DNA of 64,000 nt, taken from a virus. Positions 28,403 through 37,721 of this stretch are shown here, piece by piece (position 1 is the stretch's first letter; each line of letters opens with the position of its first letter). Position numbers and translations under genes: made by a program. Location of the stretch: IMG/VR virus record IMGVR_UViG_3300042544_003795, positions 96,001-160,000 of that record; one strand, 5' to 3'. The notes beneath the pieces are model-generated. The model was not told the origin of the DNA, did no database searches, and saw nothing but the letters and a program-made list of their open reading frames with translations.

Positions 28403-30052
28403 TTAAGATTCGCAACTAGTACAGGTCATTAGATTCCTAGACAATTCCTGAGCAGGATTAGCTGATCTTTGGTAATACAATGTTTTAATTCCCATCTTCC
28501 AAGCTTCGATTAGTAAGTCACTTACTTCTTTCGGCTTTATATCTGGAGGAATCATAATATTCAAGCTCTGACTTTGATCAATAAATTTTTGTCTTTGAGC
28601 AGCTTGAATAATAATTTCTTTTTGACTGATTTCTCCAAAAGTTTTGAATACATCTTTTTCATCAGAAGAAAGAAAATCTAAATGTTGAACTGATCCACCT
28701 CTAATCAAAATGGATTTCCAAACTTCATCTGTATCATTCTTATACTTCTTTAGAACTTCTTTGAGGAATGGATTCTTGAAAGTGAAAGATCCCTTAGCGA
28801 GTTTCTTTACAAAGTAATTACTATTTAAAGGTTCTATACTCGGAGATACTTGCCCCAAAATGAATGATGAAGAAGTGGTAGGAGCAACAGCAATTGTTGT
28901 TACGTTTCTTCTCCCATAACCCTTGAGGAGTTCTGGCTCTCCGAATAAATCTGCGAGCTTTTTAGAAGCTTCATCTGCTCTCTTTCTGATAGTATCCCAT
29001 ATATGAGAATTAAGCATCTTAGCCTCTAAAGATTCAAAAGCAATCATTTGTGATTGTAGAAAAGAGTGCCATCCCAAAACTCCCATTCCTAAAGCTCTTT
29101 GATTTTTCGCAAATTCATGAGGAGCTTCCATAAATTTCATTCCTTGAGTTTTCTCAACAAACTCTTGATTTACAGTATCAAGGAAATAGATTAATGTCTC
29201 AATAGCATCAGTATTTCTAATCTCATCCCAATAAAGAAGATTCAAAGAAGATAAAACGCAAACAAAACTTTCATTACTGTTCGATTGAAGAGTTATTTCT
29301 GAACAAAGATTGCTTGAATTTATTTTGTATCCTTTATCTTTGTAAACTTGAGGAGCATTATTATTTACAGTATCAGTAAAGAAAATATATGGATACCCTG
29401 TTTCGAATCTTTTCTTTATAATCTTACCCCATATTCCTCTCTTATCTTTGTCCCCCTCTATCATCTTATTCATCCAGTCGTCTGTTATTGTTACACCAAT
29501 GCTCATATTCTGAATAGCATGACCTTCAGAACGAATCATAAGGAACTCTTCAATATCTGGATGTTCGACGGGAAGATAGGCTGCAAAGCTACCTCTACGA
29601 GCCGATCCCTGACTAACTACATCTGAAACTTTATCAAAAAGCTCCATAAAATGTGCAGCTCCACTGGATTCTCCCCCAGAACTTATTTTAGAACCTCTTT
29701 TGCGAAGGTCTCCAAAATAACCTGAAGTACCTCCTCCCATTTTAGACATGATACCTACTTCGCCGACCTTCCAAAGAATATCGGTCATTGTATCATCCAT
29801 ATGGGAATTGAAACAAGAAACAGGAAGACCTCTCTTATTCCCATAGTTAATCCACACTGGTGTACTTAAACTATAATATCCAAGAGAAGTGTACTTTTCA
29901 AACTTATCAGCAAACCCTTCAATGCCTAGAATATTCTCTGCATTTTTAGCTATTTCTTTTACCCTCTCCTCTGGAGATACACCTTCTTCTAAATAGCCTC
30001 TCTCTAAAAAGAGACGGCTGTGGCTATTTAGCCATTTATAAGCTTTTTCCAT
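28403..30052 (-). CDS. nrdA: Class I ribonucleotide reductase alpha subunit (no ATP cone)
   Basis: PVSCF, GGGTSG, SNLCSEI, CVLSSLN, APTTSSS, DQSQS, KTLYY, C-terminal CTSC. Confidence 0.95.
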   Translation of the reverse strand: MEKAYKWLNSHSRLFLERGYLEEGVSPEERVKEIAKNAENILGIEGFADKFEKYTSLGYYSLSTPVWINYGNKRGLPVSCFNSHMDDTMTDILWKVGEVGIMSKMGGGTSGYFGDLRKRGSKISSGGESSGAAHFMELFDKVSDVVSQGSARRGSFAAYLPVEHPDIEEFLMIRSEGHAIQNMSIGVTITDDWMNKMIEGDKDKRGIWGKIIKKRFETGYPYIFFTDTVNNNAPQVYKDKGYKINSSNLCSEITLQSNSNESFVCVLSSLNLLYWDEIRNTDAIETLIYFLDTVNQEFVEKTQGMKFMEAPHEFAKNQRALGMGVLGWHSFLQSQMIAFESLEAKMLNSHIWDTIRKRADEASKKLADLFGEPELLKGYGRRNVTTIAVAPTTSSSFILGQVSPSIEPLNSNYFVKKLAKGSFTFKNPFLKEVLKKYKNDTDEVWKSILIRGGSVQHLDFLSSDEKDVFKTFGEISQKEIIIQAAQRQKFIDQSQSLNIMIPPDIKPKEVSDLLIEAWKMGIKTLYYQRSANPAQELSRNLMTCTSCES

Positions 30053-30062
30053 AATCTAAAAC

Positions 30063-30090
30063 AGTATATGTACTACAATTAAAAAGTCAA
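30063..30090 (-). promoter_or_regulatory. sigma70-like promoter TTGACT-N16-TATACT upstream of nrdA
   Basis: -35 at 30085-30090, -10 at 30063-30068. Confidence 0.6.
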
Positions 30091-30102
30091 GGTGTATCTG
30101 TA

Positions 30103-31074
30103 TTAAAACAAATCTTCTTCTCCAAAACTTTTATTTGATCTTGCGTACTCAGTCGGACGAGAATGAAAAAAATCAGTCATATTATTTCCATGCAGCTGCT
30201 CATCAAACCAATCTGTTTTAGAAATTAAATCTTGATCAACCTCGAATATCTTTTTATATCCGATACTAACCAATGATTCATTCATTCGATTTTTAATAAA
30301 ATTCTTCAAAAGAGGAGAATTTAATTTTTCCGATTCGAGTCCATTTAAAATCCAGTCAATAATTTCACATTCATATTTAACAGCTTGCTCAGATTCGTAA
30401 ATTACTTTTGCTTCAAGCTCTTCGTCAAAAAACTCTGGATATTCAGAACGAATAGTATTGATTATTTTAATTCCAACTATAGCATGGAGATTTTCTTCTC
30501 TAGAAGTATACTCTACTTGCTTGTTCGTATCCTTAAGGAGATTCTTGTAACGACCAAACCAATTGATAATGTAAAATTGAGAAAACAATGCAATATTTTC
30601 AACAAATAAAGTGAAAAGAATTATAGAATATACGAACTGTTTTTTATTATCAGAATGAAACTTATGAAGATGTTTCCGAAGATAATTAACTCTACCTTTT
30701 ACAATATCCAATTTTAAAGCATCATCAAAAGCAGTTTCCAACCCTAGAACTTCTAAGAGTCTTTCATATGCGTCCCCGTGTATAACCTCTGTATTCGCCA
30801 TAACGAAGCCTAGATCGCTCATGGAAGGGTGAGGTAGGTTATCACCCAACTTAGACCAAAACTTTTTTACAGAAATTTCTAGCTGGCCAATCGTAGTTAA
30901 AGCTTTTACAATTATTTCTTTTTCCTTCTCAGAAAGCTTAACTTTAAAATCTTGTAAGTCACTTTGGAAATTGAATTCTTTATTAGTCCAAAATCCATCA
31001 TGCATTGCCGAAATAAATTCTTGGCTCCAAGGATAGTGATCTGGCTTCCTTGAGATTTGTTCTTCGAAAATCAT
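30103..31074 (-). CDS. nrdB: Ribonucleotide reductase beta subunit
   Basis: FW...E, TEVIHGDAY, VENIALFSQF, SREENLH, DFFHSRPTEY. Confidence 0.93.
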   Translation of the reverse strand: MIFEEQISRKPDHYPWSQEFISAMHDGFWTNKEFNFQSDLQDFKVKLSEKEKEIIVKALTTIGQLEISVKKFWSKLGDNLPHPSMSDLGFVMANTEVIHGDAYERLLEVLGLETAFDDALKLDIVKGRVNYLRKHLHKFHSDNKKQFVYSIILFTLFVENIALFSQFYIINWFGRYKNLLKDTNKQVEYTSREENLHAIVGIKIINTIRSEYPEFFDEELEAKVIYESEQAVKYECEIIDWILNGLESEKLNSPLLKNFIKNRMNESLVSIGYKKIFEVDQDLISKTDWFDEQLHGNNMTDFFHSRPTEYARSNKSFGEEDLF

Positions 31075-31076
31075 AA

Positions 31077-31415
31077 TTAATTCTTTTTTATTTCTGAGGG
31101 ATGAGCGACATTATACTTCTTTTTGTACTTTGCAACTTCTTTTTCAAGAATAGGGTCTTTACCTAGTTTATCTTTCCTCATATGGGAAAGTTCTTGAGCT
31201 CTATCCTGCAAATCTCCAATAGTTCCTTTTTTATTTGTTTTATTTAAAAAGTCCCTAGAGGAAAAAGGATCAATTTTAGTATCTATACTCGTGTGAGGAA
31301 TAGTCCAAACTCTATTCCATTGAACACCATTCTGTGCATATACGTGTTCATCATTCATACCTTGAACGACTTCGATTCTCTCTTCGGAATCTGGATTTTC
31401 ATAAATATATATCAT
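31077..31415 (-). CDS. Hypothetical protein, possibly degenerate FmdB-like
   Basis: MIYIYENPDSEERIEVVQGM..WNRVW; zinc Cys absent. Confidence 0.45.
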   Translation of the reverse strand: MIYIYENPDSEERIEVVQGMNDEHVYAQNGVQWNRVWTIPHTSIDTKIDPFSSRDFLNKTNKKGTIGDLQDRAQELSHMRKDKLGKDPILEKEVAKYKKKYNVAHPSEIKKN

Positions 31416-31436
31416 AGGAATTGTATTTACACTTTT

Positions 31437-32054
31437 CTAAATATTTACAGAAATTTCTGGAGTTAATTTTAAAGAAAAAATTGGCAATCCTATATGGCTA
31501 GTAATACCTAAATCCAAAGCTTCTTTAGCATTTAAATACCAATCTAAATCTTTTCTTTTATTTAATTCTTTTTTAAGCCATTCTTTATTTTTAGGGCCTT
31601 TTAAATGAGAAGAGATTACTTTAAGTATTTCTTCCTCCTCTTTCATTAAAGCATTAAAAAATTCTTTTTGCTCACTAGCTCTTCCATCTGGGATAGAAGA
31701 AACCTGAATACCATGCAGCATTAAACCTGCATATTCTCCCATGAAACGAAAACCTTCATCCCCGAAACAGAAGACAAAAGCTCCAGCAGAGGAAGCTTCA
31801 CCAGCCGTCATTGTAGCAATCTTTAAACCTTTTTTCCTAGCAGAATAAAGGATAGAAAGAATAGCTTTTAAAGATGAGATATCTCCTCCGGGAGACTCAA
31901 TATGGATAGGAAAAAGTATTTGCTCCAGTTCTATGGCTTCATTGATTCTATTACTTAAAGCTTTTACAGTTGTTGAAGAAAATTCTGTTAAGTAAAAACT
32001 TCTAGGCCCGTTTATTCCTTGAACAAAGTTTGGAGCATTTATATCCCATTTCAT
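31437..32054 (-). CDS. ClpP-like serine protease
   Basis: IESPGGD, EASSAG (catalytic Ser), LMLH, DWYLNAKEALDLGI. Confidence 0.8.
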   Translation of the reverse strand: MKWDINAPNFVQGINGPRSFYLTEFSSTTVKALSNRINEAIELEQILFPIHIESPGGDISSLKAILSILYSARKKGLKIATMTAGEASSAGAFVFCFGDEGFRFMGEYAGLMLHGIQVSSIPDGRASEQKEFFNALMKEEEEILKVISSHLKGPKNKEWLKKELNKRKDLDWYLNAKEALDLGITSHIGLPIFSLKLTPEISVNI

Positions 32055-33124
32055 ATTTTTGATAATAGTGTATCTACAGTATTTTGTACACTGAATACAC
32101 TAGGAAGAGTTGATATAGTTTTTTCGCCAGAATTAAAAAATTCAACGGCTTCCAAAATTTTATCTTCTACTTCTTTATCATCAAAATCAAACATGTTCCC
32201 TTGATTAACTATATTACCTAATTTGAAAAAGGCATCATCATAAATAGGAATTTTCTGAGAAGGTTTTACAATAATAGCATTACCATTGTTAATAAAATCA
32301 GAATGAGCATGAGCATCCATTGCTACACAAACCTTGTTAAGAGAAAGCATATTAAACAAAGGAAGATTAAATCCTTCTGCGCCGGAAAGACCGGAAAGAT
32401 CAATATCACAAGAATTCATTAGTTTGTTTACTTCTGAATTTTTATCTTGACGAGATATTAGATTAACATTCCAAGGAATAGATCCCTCAAAGATTTGATT
32501 CAAAATTTGTTCCCATTTTTCTCTCTCTATAAAAGGGTTATCTATTAAGCAATTTAATCTATATCTTTTATCATTACCGAAAAGCTTCTTCCATATTCTG
32601 ATTATCTTTTCTGTATGTTTTCTTTTTTCAAATTTTCCAATAAGCAAAAAGTTAATAGCATCAACTCTTGGAACAAGAGGATCAGCTTTTACATGAATAG
32701 AATCAAAATAAGGATGGCAGACTCCTACATTTTCTAGACCTTCAGATTTAGCAACCTCATAAGAATAATTACTAGAAAACAATACCAAGTCATTATTTTT
32801 AATAATATTTTTTTCAACTTTAGTTAAAGTATCCGTTTCATGGAATGTCCATAAAATAGTTTTATCAGACAAACGTCTTTCAGATTCAATTAAATGCCAA
32901 AGTCTAATCGTAGGAAATTTACGAGAAAAATTGGCATGAGCTTTTTGACAACAGAATTGGAGCCAATCAAAAAATGGTTTATCAATATCGTAGGCTTTTA
33001 AATCTACTTGCCCGATAGGAAATATATTAGGAAGGAATTTTCTATCGAAAAACTCTTTCAATAATCCAAATGATACTTGACCAAAAGATAATCCATTAAT
33101 TGGAACTTCTAAATTTATATTCAT
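32051..33124 (-). CDS. GT4-like glycosyltransferase
   Basis: LSFGQV, IGKFEKRK, SGAEGFNLP. Confidence 0.75.
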   Translation of the reverse strand: MNINLEVPINGLSFGQVSFGLLKEFFDRKFLPNIFPIGQVDLKAYDIDKPFFDWLQFCCQKAHANFSRKFPTIRLWHLIESERRLSDKTILWTFHETDTLTKVEKNIIKNNDLVLFSSNYSYEVAKSEGLENVGVCHPYFDSIHVKADPLVPRVDAINFLLIGKFEKRKHTEKIIRIWKKLFGNDKRYRLNCLIDNPFIEREKWEQILNQIFEGSIPWNVNLISRQDKNSEVNKLMNSCDIDLSGLSGAEGFNLPLFNMLSLNKVCVAMDAHAHSDFINNGNAIIVKPSQKIPIYDDAFFKLGNIVNQGNMFDFDDKEVEDKILEAVEFFNSGEKTISTLPSVFSVQNTVDTLLSKI

Positions 33125-33483
33125 TCTAAATCTTTTTTTAAATTATACTGATCAATCTTTTCTTGTAAATTTGTTTCTCCCCTTAGAAAGCTTTCAATAA
33201 TACAATAAGAAAGTCCGAGATCGTAAGCTTTATCTATATACAATATTTCTGGAGTAAATGGTTTGTATTTTTTTAAAATATTTTTAATAACAAAAGAAAA
33301 TTCATTATCATCTTTGCAGTTAAAGAATTTTTTTTCATTAGCTTCAATATAAGTTACAGATCTTTTATTAGAATCTGTAGATGAAATTATCTGAATACAA
33401 AAATATAAAAATTCACCACCTAAAGTTTCTGCAAACCCATTGGAGCTTTTTATTATATGAGATAAATAAAAATTGGTATTCAA
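33121..33483 (-). CDS. Hypothetical protein
   Basis: ORF in operon. Confidence 0.5.
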   Translation of the reverse strand: MNTNFYLSHIIKSSNGFAETLGGEFLYFCIQIISSTDSNKRSVTYIEANEKKFFNCKDDNEFSFVIKNILKKYKPFTPEILYIDKAYDLGLSYCIIESFLRGETNLQEKIDQYNLKKDLE

Positions 33484-33485
33484 TA

Positions 33486-33788
33486 TTAATTTTCCCTATG
33501 CTGGAAAGAAGTCAAAAAAAGATTATTTATGATAGTAGCAACTATAGGACAATAAATAAAATTATTAATATCAAAACAAAGACAATACCAAAAAGTTAAA
33601 CAAAAAATACAACCCATCAAATATCTAACTTTTCTGCATAGATATCCTAGAATATTTTTACTCCCACCTTTTATATCTAAATATCTATACGCTATTGATC
33701 TTGGATAATCAAATATAGGAGCGAAGTTTAATAGAAAAAATATGAATACACAAGCTGTAGCCGTTTTTAAAATTTCGATTATTTCCAT
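33486..33788 (-). CDS. Small membrane protein with C-x-x-C-x-x-F-W motif
   Basis: Hydrophobic segments; LMGCIFCLTFW. Confidence 0.5.
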   Translation of the reverse strand: MEIIEILKTATACVFIFFLLNFAPIFDYPRSIAYRYLDIKGGSKNILGYLCRKVRYLMGCIFCLTFWYCLCFDINNFIYCPIVATIINNLFLTSFQHREN

Positions 33789-34129
33789 TTCTTTAAATCA
33801 TTTAAGTCTTCTCTTCCTATTTCTTCAAAGTGAATAATTGCCATCAAGTTAAATATTACAGCTGCAAGATGGTCTTCGTCTCTATCTCCTTTCCAATATT
33901 GCATTAAATGTCTAAATGCACTGGCAAAGAATCTTGAGAATGGCATCCCTTTTTCCCAATTCCATTCACCATATTTAACAGCTCCTCTTTCCATCAAAGA
34001 AGCTAATCTTGTCATCATAAAAGGAGAGATTAAATCGAATCTTGGTTTTCCTTCTTGAGTATCTCTTTTAGCTCCAGATTCAAAACTTTGTCTAGCTCCA
34101 CTATCTTTTGTTTTAAAATTCATACTCAT
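33779..34129 (-). CDS. dATP/dGTP diphosphohydrolase-domain protein (DUF5664-type)
   Basis: GAKRD..GKPRFDLI, GAVKYGEWNWEKG, SAFRHL, EDHLAAV.FN. Confidence 0.8.
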   Translation of the reverse strand: MSMNFKTKDSGARQSFESGAKRDTQEGKPRFDLISPFMMTRLASLMERGAVKYGEWNWEKGMPFSRFFASAFRHLMQYWKGDRDEDHLAAVIFNLMAIIHFEEIGREDLNDLKKWK

Positions 34130-34157
34130 AAATTAATCTCTATTTTTATAAAGTCAA
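34130..34157 (-). promoter_or_regulatory. sigma70-like promoter TTGACT-N16-TAATTT
   Basis: -35 at 34152-34157, -10 at 34130-34135; second Met at 34123 would give a near-leaderless mRNA. Confidence 0.45.
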
Positions 34158-34204
34158 TCTTATAATATGTCTCTTATATAAATATACTATATACATAAAT
34201 ACAT

Positions 34205-34615
34205 AAAGAAAGAAGAGTAAGAAGCTTTCCTTCTAGTCAGGGGACTTCTTACCTACCTGTTTTTGAAAAAAAACAGAAGTATTTGTATGCCTGAACAAGT
34301 TTAAATCGCTTGCTTAAAAAAGTTTCCTTTAGTCAGTTTGGACTCGCCTTTCAGCGACCCATGAGGTTTTTATTGACGTATCAAAATTGGATAGAAGCCC
34401 TTTACCCAACCGACTTGCTCATCTGCCCACTAGATTTATTAGATCGTAGCTGTAGAAACTACTGAACAAGTACTCAAATTCTCAACTTCGGTGCACCCTT
34501 TCGGATGTTGGTGTTGACAAGTCCCGAGTCAGAGCACCATGCGATTTTCTTGAATGACATCCGGCTTTGGGAGTCCCGGACCCATTGCGGCAAATGAGGC
34601 CGCTATGTAAAATTA
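34205..34615 (-). ncRNA. Candidate large structured non-coding RNA (family not recognised)
   Basis: Only long ORF-free gap; GC-richer than flanks; many stems including two GAAA-tetraloop hairpins with G-U pairs on the minus strand; upstream TTGACA; 3' stem followed by a U-rich tail. Confidence 0.65.
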
Positions 34616-34623
34616 ACTTTCTT

Positions 34624-34652
34624 TATATAATGCCAAAATTTTCTTTTGTCAA
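34624..34652 (-). promoter_or_regulatory. sigma70-like promoter in front of the candidate ncRNA
   Basis: TTGACA at 34647-34652, then TTATATAA 16 nt downstream (imperfect -10). Confidence 0.5.
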
Positions 34653-34658
34653 GTACTT

Positions 34659-35933
34659 TTATGCAAAACCTTGCAAATCTACAATTTTATTTATACCCGC
34701 TAAATCATCTGTGCTAATCCCAAGAATACTGTAAGCTTCTTCTTCTGTCATTTCTTTTTTTAGAGTTATATCAGGAGGACTTCCATCAATTGTTGGTAGA
34801 GCTGTTTCCACTAAAATACTATTATAAAGTGAAATATTCTCATATACATTTTTCATTATTAATTTATCTCCTAGTGTTTCCTTATATATTAAAATTACTT
34901 GATAAACGGATAAATTTTCTTTTCTGAAATAAACTATCTCTGTAGCATTTTTAAAAAGACCATCGTAAATATAAGATTGATTTAAATAATTGATTCTTTT
35001 TTCTATTTCTTCTCTAGCTGACTCTGCTATATAATCTATTGATTTATTTATAAATAAAGGGCTAGAAAAATAACTTGAATTTTCAACTAATAAACGATTA
35101 GGCCCAGCTCTTCTACTAAAAGAGTAAGGAATTGTAACCTTTTCATCTTCTGTTTTTTCGCTCCACTCGGTCAAAGGATCGTCTTCAAATCCCTTTATAG
35201 TTTCTACTTCATAATAACCTGCTAGTCCATTAAAAAGACCAGCTTGATAATCTCCTGCATCTATAGGAAAGCCTATTGTTTTAGCTACACTTTTAAAATA
35301 TATTTTTATATTTCTAGCTGATAAATCTCCTAACCTTAAATACCTATGAGGACTTAAAACATTTGATCTCAAGAACGGTGTAATTTTTACTTCATTACCT
35401 TTAATTATTATACTTGCTATTTTTATATATATTTTACCTGCGTATTCAGAATCTTTTAAAATTTGAGTTCCTCCTAATTTTATAAAATTATCTTTTTGTT
35501 GAGTGTAAAGTATATTATTATCATAATACTCTACGAAATTTTCATCTGTAGATGTTATTATTGAAAATTGATTTATAAAATCCGAATGATTATTTTTGTC
35601 ATCTAGCCACCAATTTATTTTACCGCCTAAAATTCCATCGCTAAAACCTGCTGGAACTTTAGGTATAGTTAAATAAACATCACAGCTTTCAGCTGTTTCA
35701 AATGTTTTTAAAAAAGATGTTCCTAATTCATAAGTAGTTTCTTCAAGGGAATTGAAGGGATAATAATTTTTTTTGTCTAAAGGATTATTTTTTATTTCGA
35801 AATTTAAATAGTTAGCTTTATAAGTATTTAATATAAATGAATTTATATCTCCAGCATTTACTATAAAATTATATTTATTACCTTTTTTAGTACTCAAGAT
35901 AACTTGAAATGGTAAATATGTTTGATTACTCAT
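34659..35933 (-). CDS. Hypothetical virion-region protein (PF...N.G family, member 3)
   Basis: YLPFQV..FIVNAGDI; IKIASI..ITPFLRSNV. Confidence 0.55.
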   Translation of the reverse strand: MSNQTYLPFQVILSTKKGNKYNFIVNAGDINSFILNTYKANYLNFEIKNNPLDKKNYYPFNSLEETTYELGTSFLKTFETAESCDVYLTIPKVPAGFSDGILGGKINWWLDDKNNHSDFINQFSIITSTDENFVEYYDNNILYTQQKDNFIKLGGTQILKDSEYAGKIYIKIASIIIKGNEVKITPFLRSNVLSPHRYLRLGDLSARNIKIYFKSVAKTIGFPIDAGDYQAGLFNGLAGYYEVETIKGFEDDPLTEWSEKTEDEKVTIPYSFSRRAGPNRLLVENSSYFSSPLFINKSIDYIAESAREEIEKRINYLNQSYIYDGLFKNATEIVYFRKENLSVYQVILIYKETLGDKLIMKNVYENISLYNSILVETALPTIDGSPPDITLKKEMTEEEAYSILGISTDDLAGINKIVDLQGFA

Positions 35934-36823
35934 TTTTTAAAATTTTTATAATTTTTTTGATCAAAGTAAAATGGAAAATTAAACGCATAATCAAAATCAA
36001 TTATTTGTTCTAATTTATCTTCTTTACTGCTATCTAAGTAAGCTATAGGTATTATTTTTTCACCATTTATTATAAAATTGTATTTATCTAGTTTTTCCTC
36101 TTCCTCTTTAGTTTGAGTTGAAGATTCTATAAATTCTATACTTACATCTGAAATAGGACAAGAAGCATTAACAAGCGGAGTTAAAATAGATGATCCGAGT
36201 AAAGTCGCTGGTTTAAAAACGAAGGGAGCATTATTTGAATCTGCAATTTGATAAAAAGCGCTTATATCAGGAGTCCAATTTTTTAAAAGATTCTGTTCTC
36301 GAAGTATAGATTCTTTCTCTATTTTTACAGCATCTTCATACCCTTCAGACGTAGGATCAAATAAAGTATATGAAGGTATATAATTACCTATTTTTATTCC
36401 AAGTTTTTCATCTTCCAATTGTATTAATTGTAAATCATTAGCTATATAATCTCTAATTATATCTTCTGTTAAATATTTTTTAATATAAATTTTGAAAAGA
36501 TCGGATCTTTTAGAAAATGAAGATGATTCCCATTCATTTACACTCTCTGCTAAAACAGAGTCTATATCTTTTAAAGTTATTCTTAAGCATATACATCCTT
36601 TAGCCGCCGTATCAATAGTATTAAATCCTATATTTCTTTTCTCTGCAAAAAAATTTAATCTTTTTTTAGAAAGTGTTTTTGGAACAAATACATTTTTTAA
36701 AGAGTTCGAAGCTGTACAAATTACTAATCCAAAATTAACAAAAACTTTTGTTACAATATTATTTTCTATTTTCTGGATAAAACAAGAAAATGGCTTCATA
36801 GGTTCTATATTTAATTTTTTCAT
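35930..36823 (-). CDS. Hypothetical virion-region protein (member 2; start moved to ATG 36823)
   Basis: MKPFSC..VFVNFGLV; IPIAYL..LEQII. Confidence 0.55.
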   Translation of the reverse strand: MKKLNIEPMKPFSCFIQKIENNIVTKVFVNFGLVICTASNSLKNVFVPKTLSKKRLNFFAEKRNIGFNTIDTAAKGCICLRITLKDIDSVLAESVNEWESSSFSKRSDLFKIYIKKYLTEDIIRDYIANDLQLIQLEDEKLGIKIGNYIPSYTLFDPTSEGYEDAVKIEKESILREQNLLKNWTPDISAFYQIADSNNAPFVFKPATLLGSSILTPLVNASCPISDVSIEFIESSTQTKEEEEKLDKYNFIINGEKIIPIAYLDSSKEDKLEQIIDFDYAFNFPFYFDQKNYKNFKK

Positions 36824-36824
36824 T

Positions 36825-37721
36825 TTAAACAATATTAGAATCTATAGTTATGCTGTTACCGTTATCAATACTTTCTATAAATCTGTTCTCTTCACTCGGA
36901 AAAATAAACTGTTTACTATAAGAAATAATATTTATATTTTTATTATGTTTTATATATCCTCTTAATGAATTTTCAGATGACCTTCCCAGAAGAGTAGAAA
37001 CTTGTTTTTTATTTCCTATAATTTTTTCATTTAATTCAAGCTTTTCATCTTCTAAAGTTTCACTAACATTTATATCATAAAATTCTGTATTCATTAATTC
37101 AAAAGAAGCTGAATCAAATAGTTCTGTTAAAGCATAGTTTTCATTTAAGAATTGATCTACTGTCCATTCGCCTTTTTCATCTTTGTAAATAGATGCTACA
37201 ATAGCTAAATTAATAGCATTTCCTCCCCAATATATTTCATCTCTATATAAATAATCTAATTCAGAATTTCTTTCTTCTGCATTTAAATCAAAACTTTCTA
37301 ATTTAATATTAGAATCGCTTAAATTTTTTGTATTTCCCAAAATTTCAAAATTACTTCTGTCTTCTTCATCTAAATAAGCCTTACAAGCTATCCATGCTTT
37401 GTCTAAAAATGGAATATAAGATGGTCCCGGAACCCATTTATCTGGAGGGTTAAAAGAAGCTAATATATATATATTTACTTTAAAATATTCAGATTTTAAA
37501 ATAAAAGAAGTCTCCTTGATCGTTCCATTCCTTTCGCTTTTTCTTTCTTCATTTAAAAAAAAATCTAATTTAGGAAGAGGCTTGCCATATATATCACAAG
37601 TAACATTCCTATAATTTAAAGGATTATAAAAATTAAATACTTTTCCAGAATTTATCGCGAAGATATCTGAGTTATTTATTTTAAAAACTTCCGTCTTAAA
37701 TGGATGGTATTGAATTGGCAT
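36825..37721 (-). CDS. Hypothetical virion-region protein (member 1)
   Basis: YHPFKT..FAINSGKV; AIVASI..VDQFLNEN. Confidence 0.55.
   Translation of the reverse strand: MPIQYHPFKTEVFKINNSDIFAINSGKVFNFYNPLNYRNVTCDIYGKPLPKLDFFLNEERKSERNGTIKETSFILKSEYFKVNIYILASFNPPDKWVPGPSYIPFLDKAWIACKAYLDEEDRSNFEILGNTKNLSDSNIKLESFDLNAEERNSELDYLYRDEIYWGGNAINLAIVASIYKDEKGEWTVDQFLNENYALTELFDSASFELMNTEFYDINVSETLEDEKLELNEKIIGNKKQVSTLLGRSSENSLRGYIKHNKNINIISYSKQFIFPSEENRFIESIDNGNSITIDSNIV

Noticed and set aside
13982-31074. Inteins or introns in dnaE, dnaB, recA, nrdA/nrdB
   Set aside because: Lengths are compact and no intein splice motifs or homing endonuclease inserts were seen
34205-34615. Group I intron, tmRNA, RNase P or CRISPR interpretation of the structured region
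   Set aside because: GACTA-containing motifs give only a weak P7-like pairing and no interrupted gene flanks it; no tRNA-like ends, no GAGGAAAGUCC core, no regularly spaced repeat-spacer pattern
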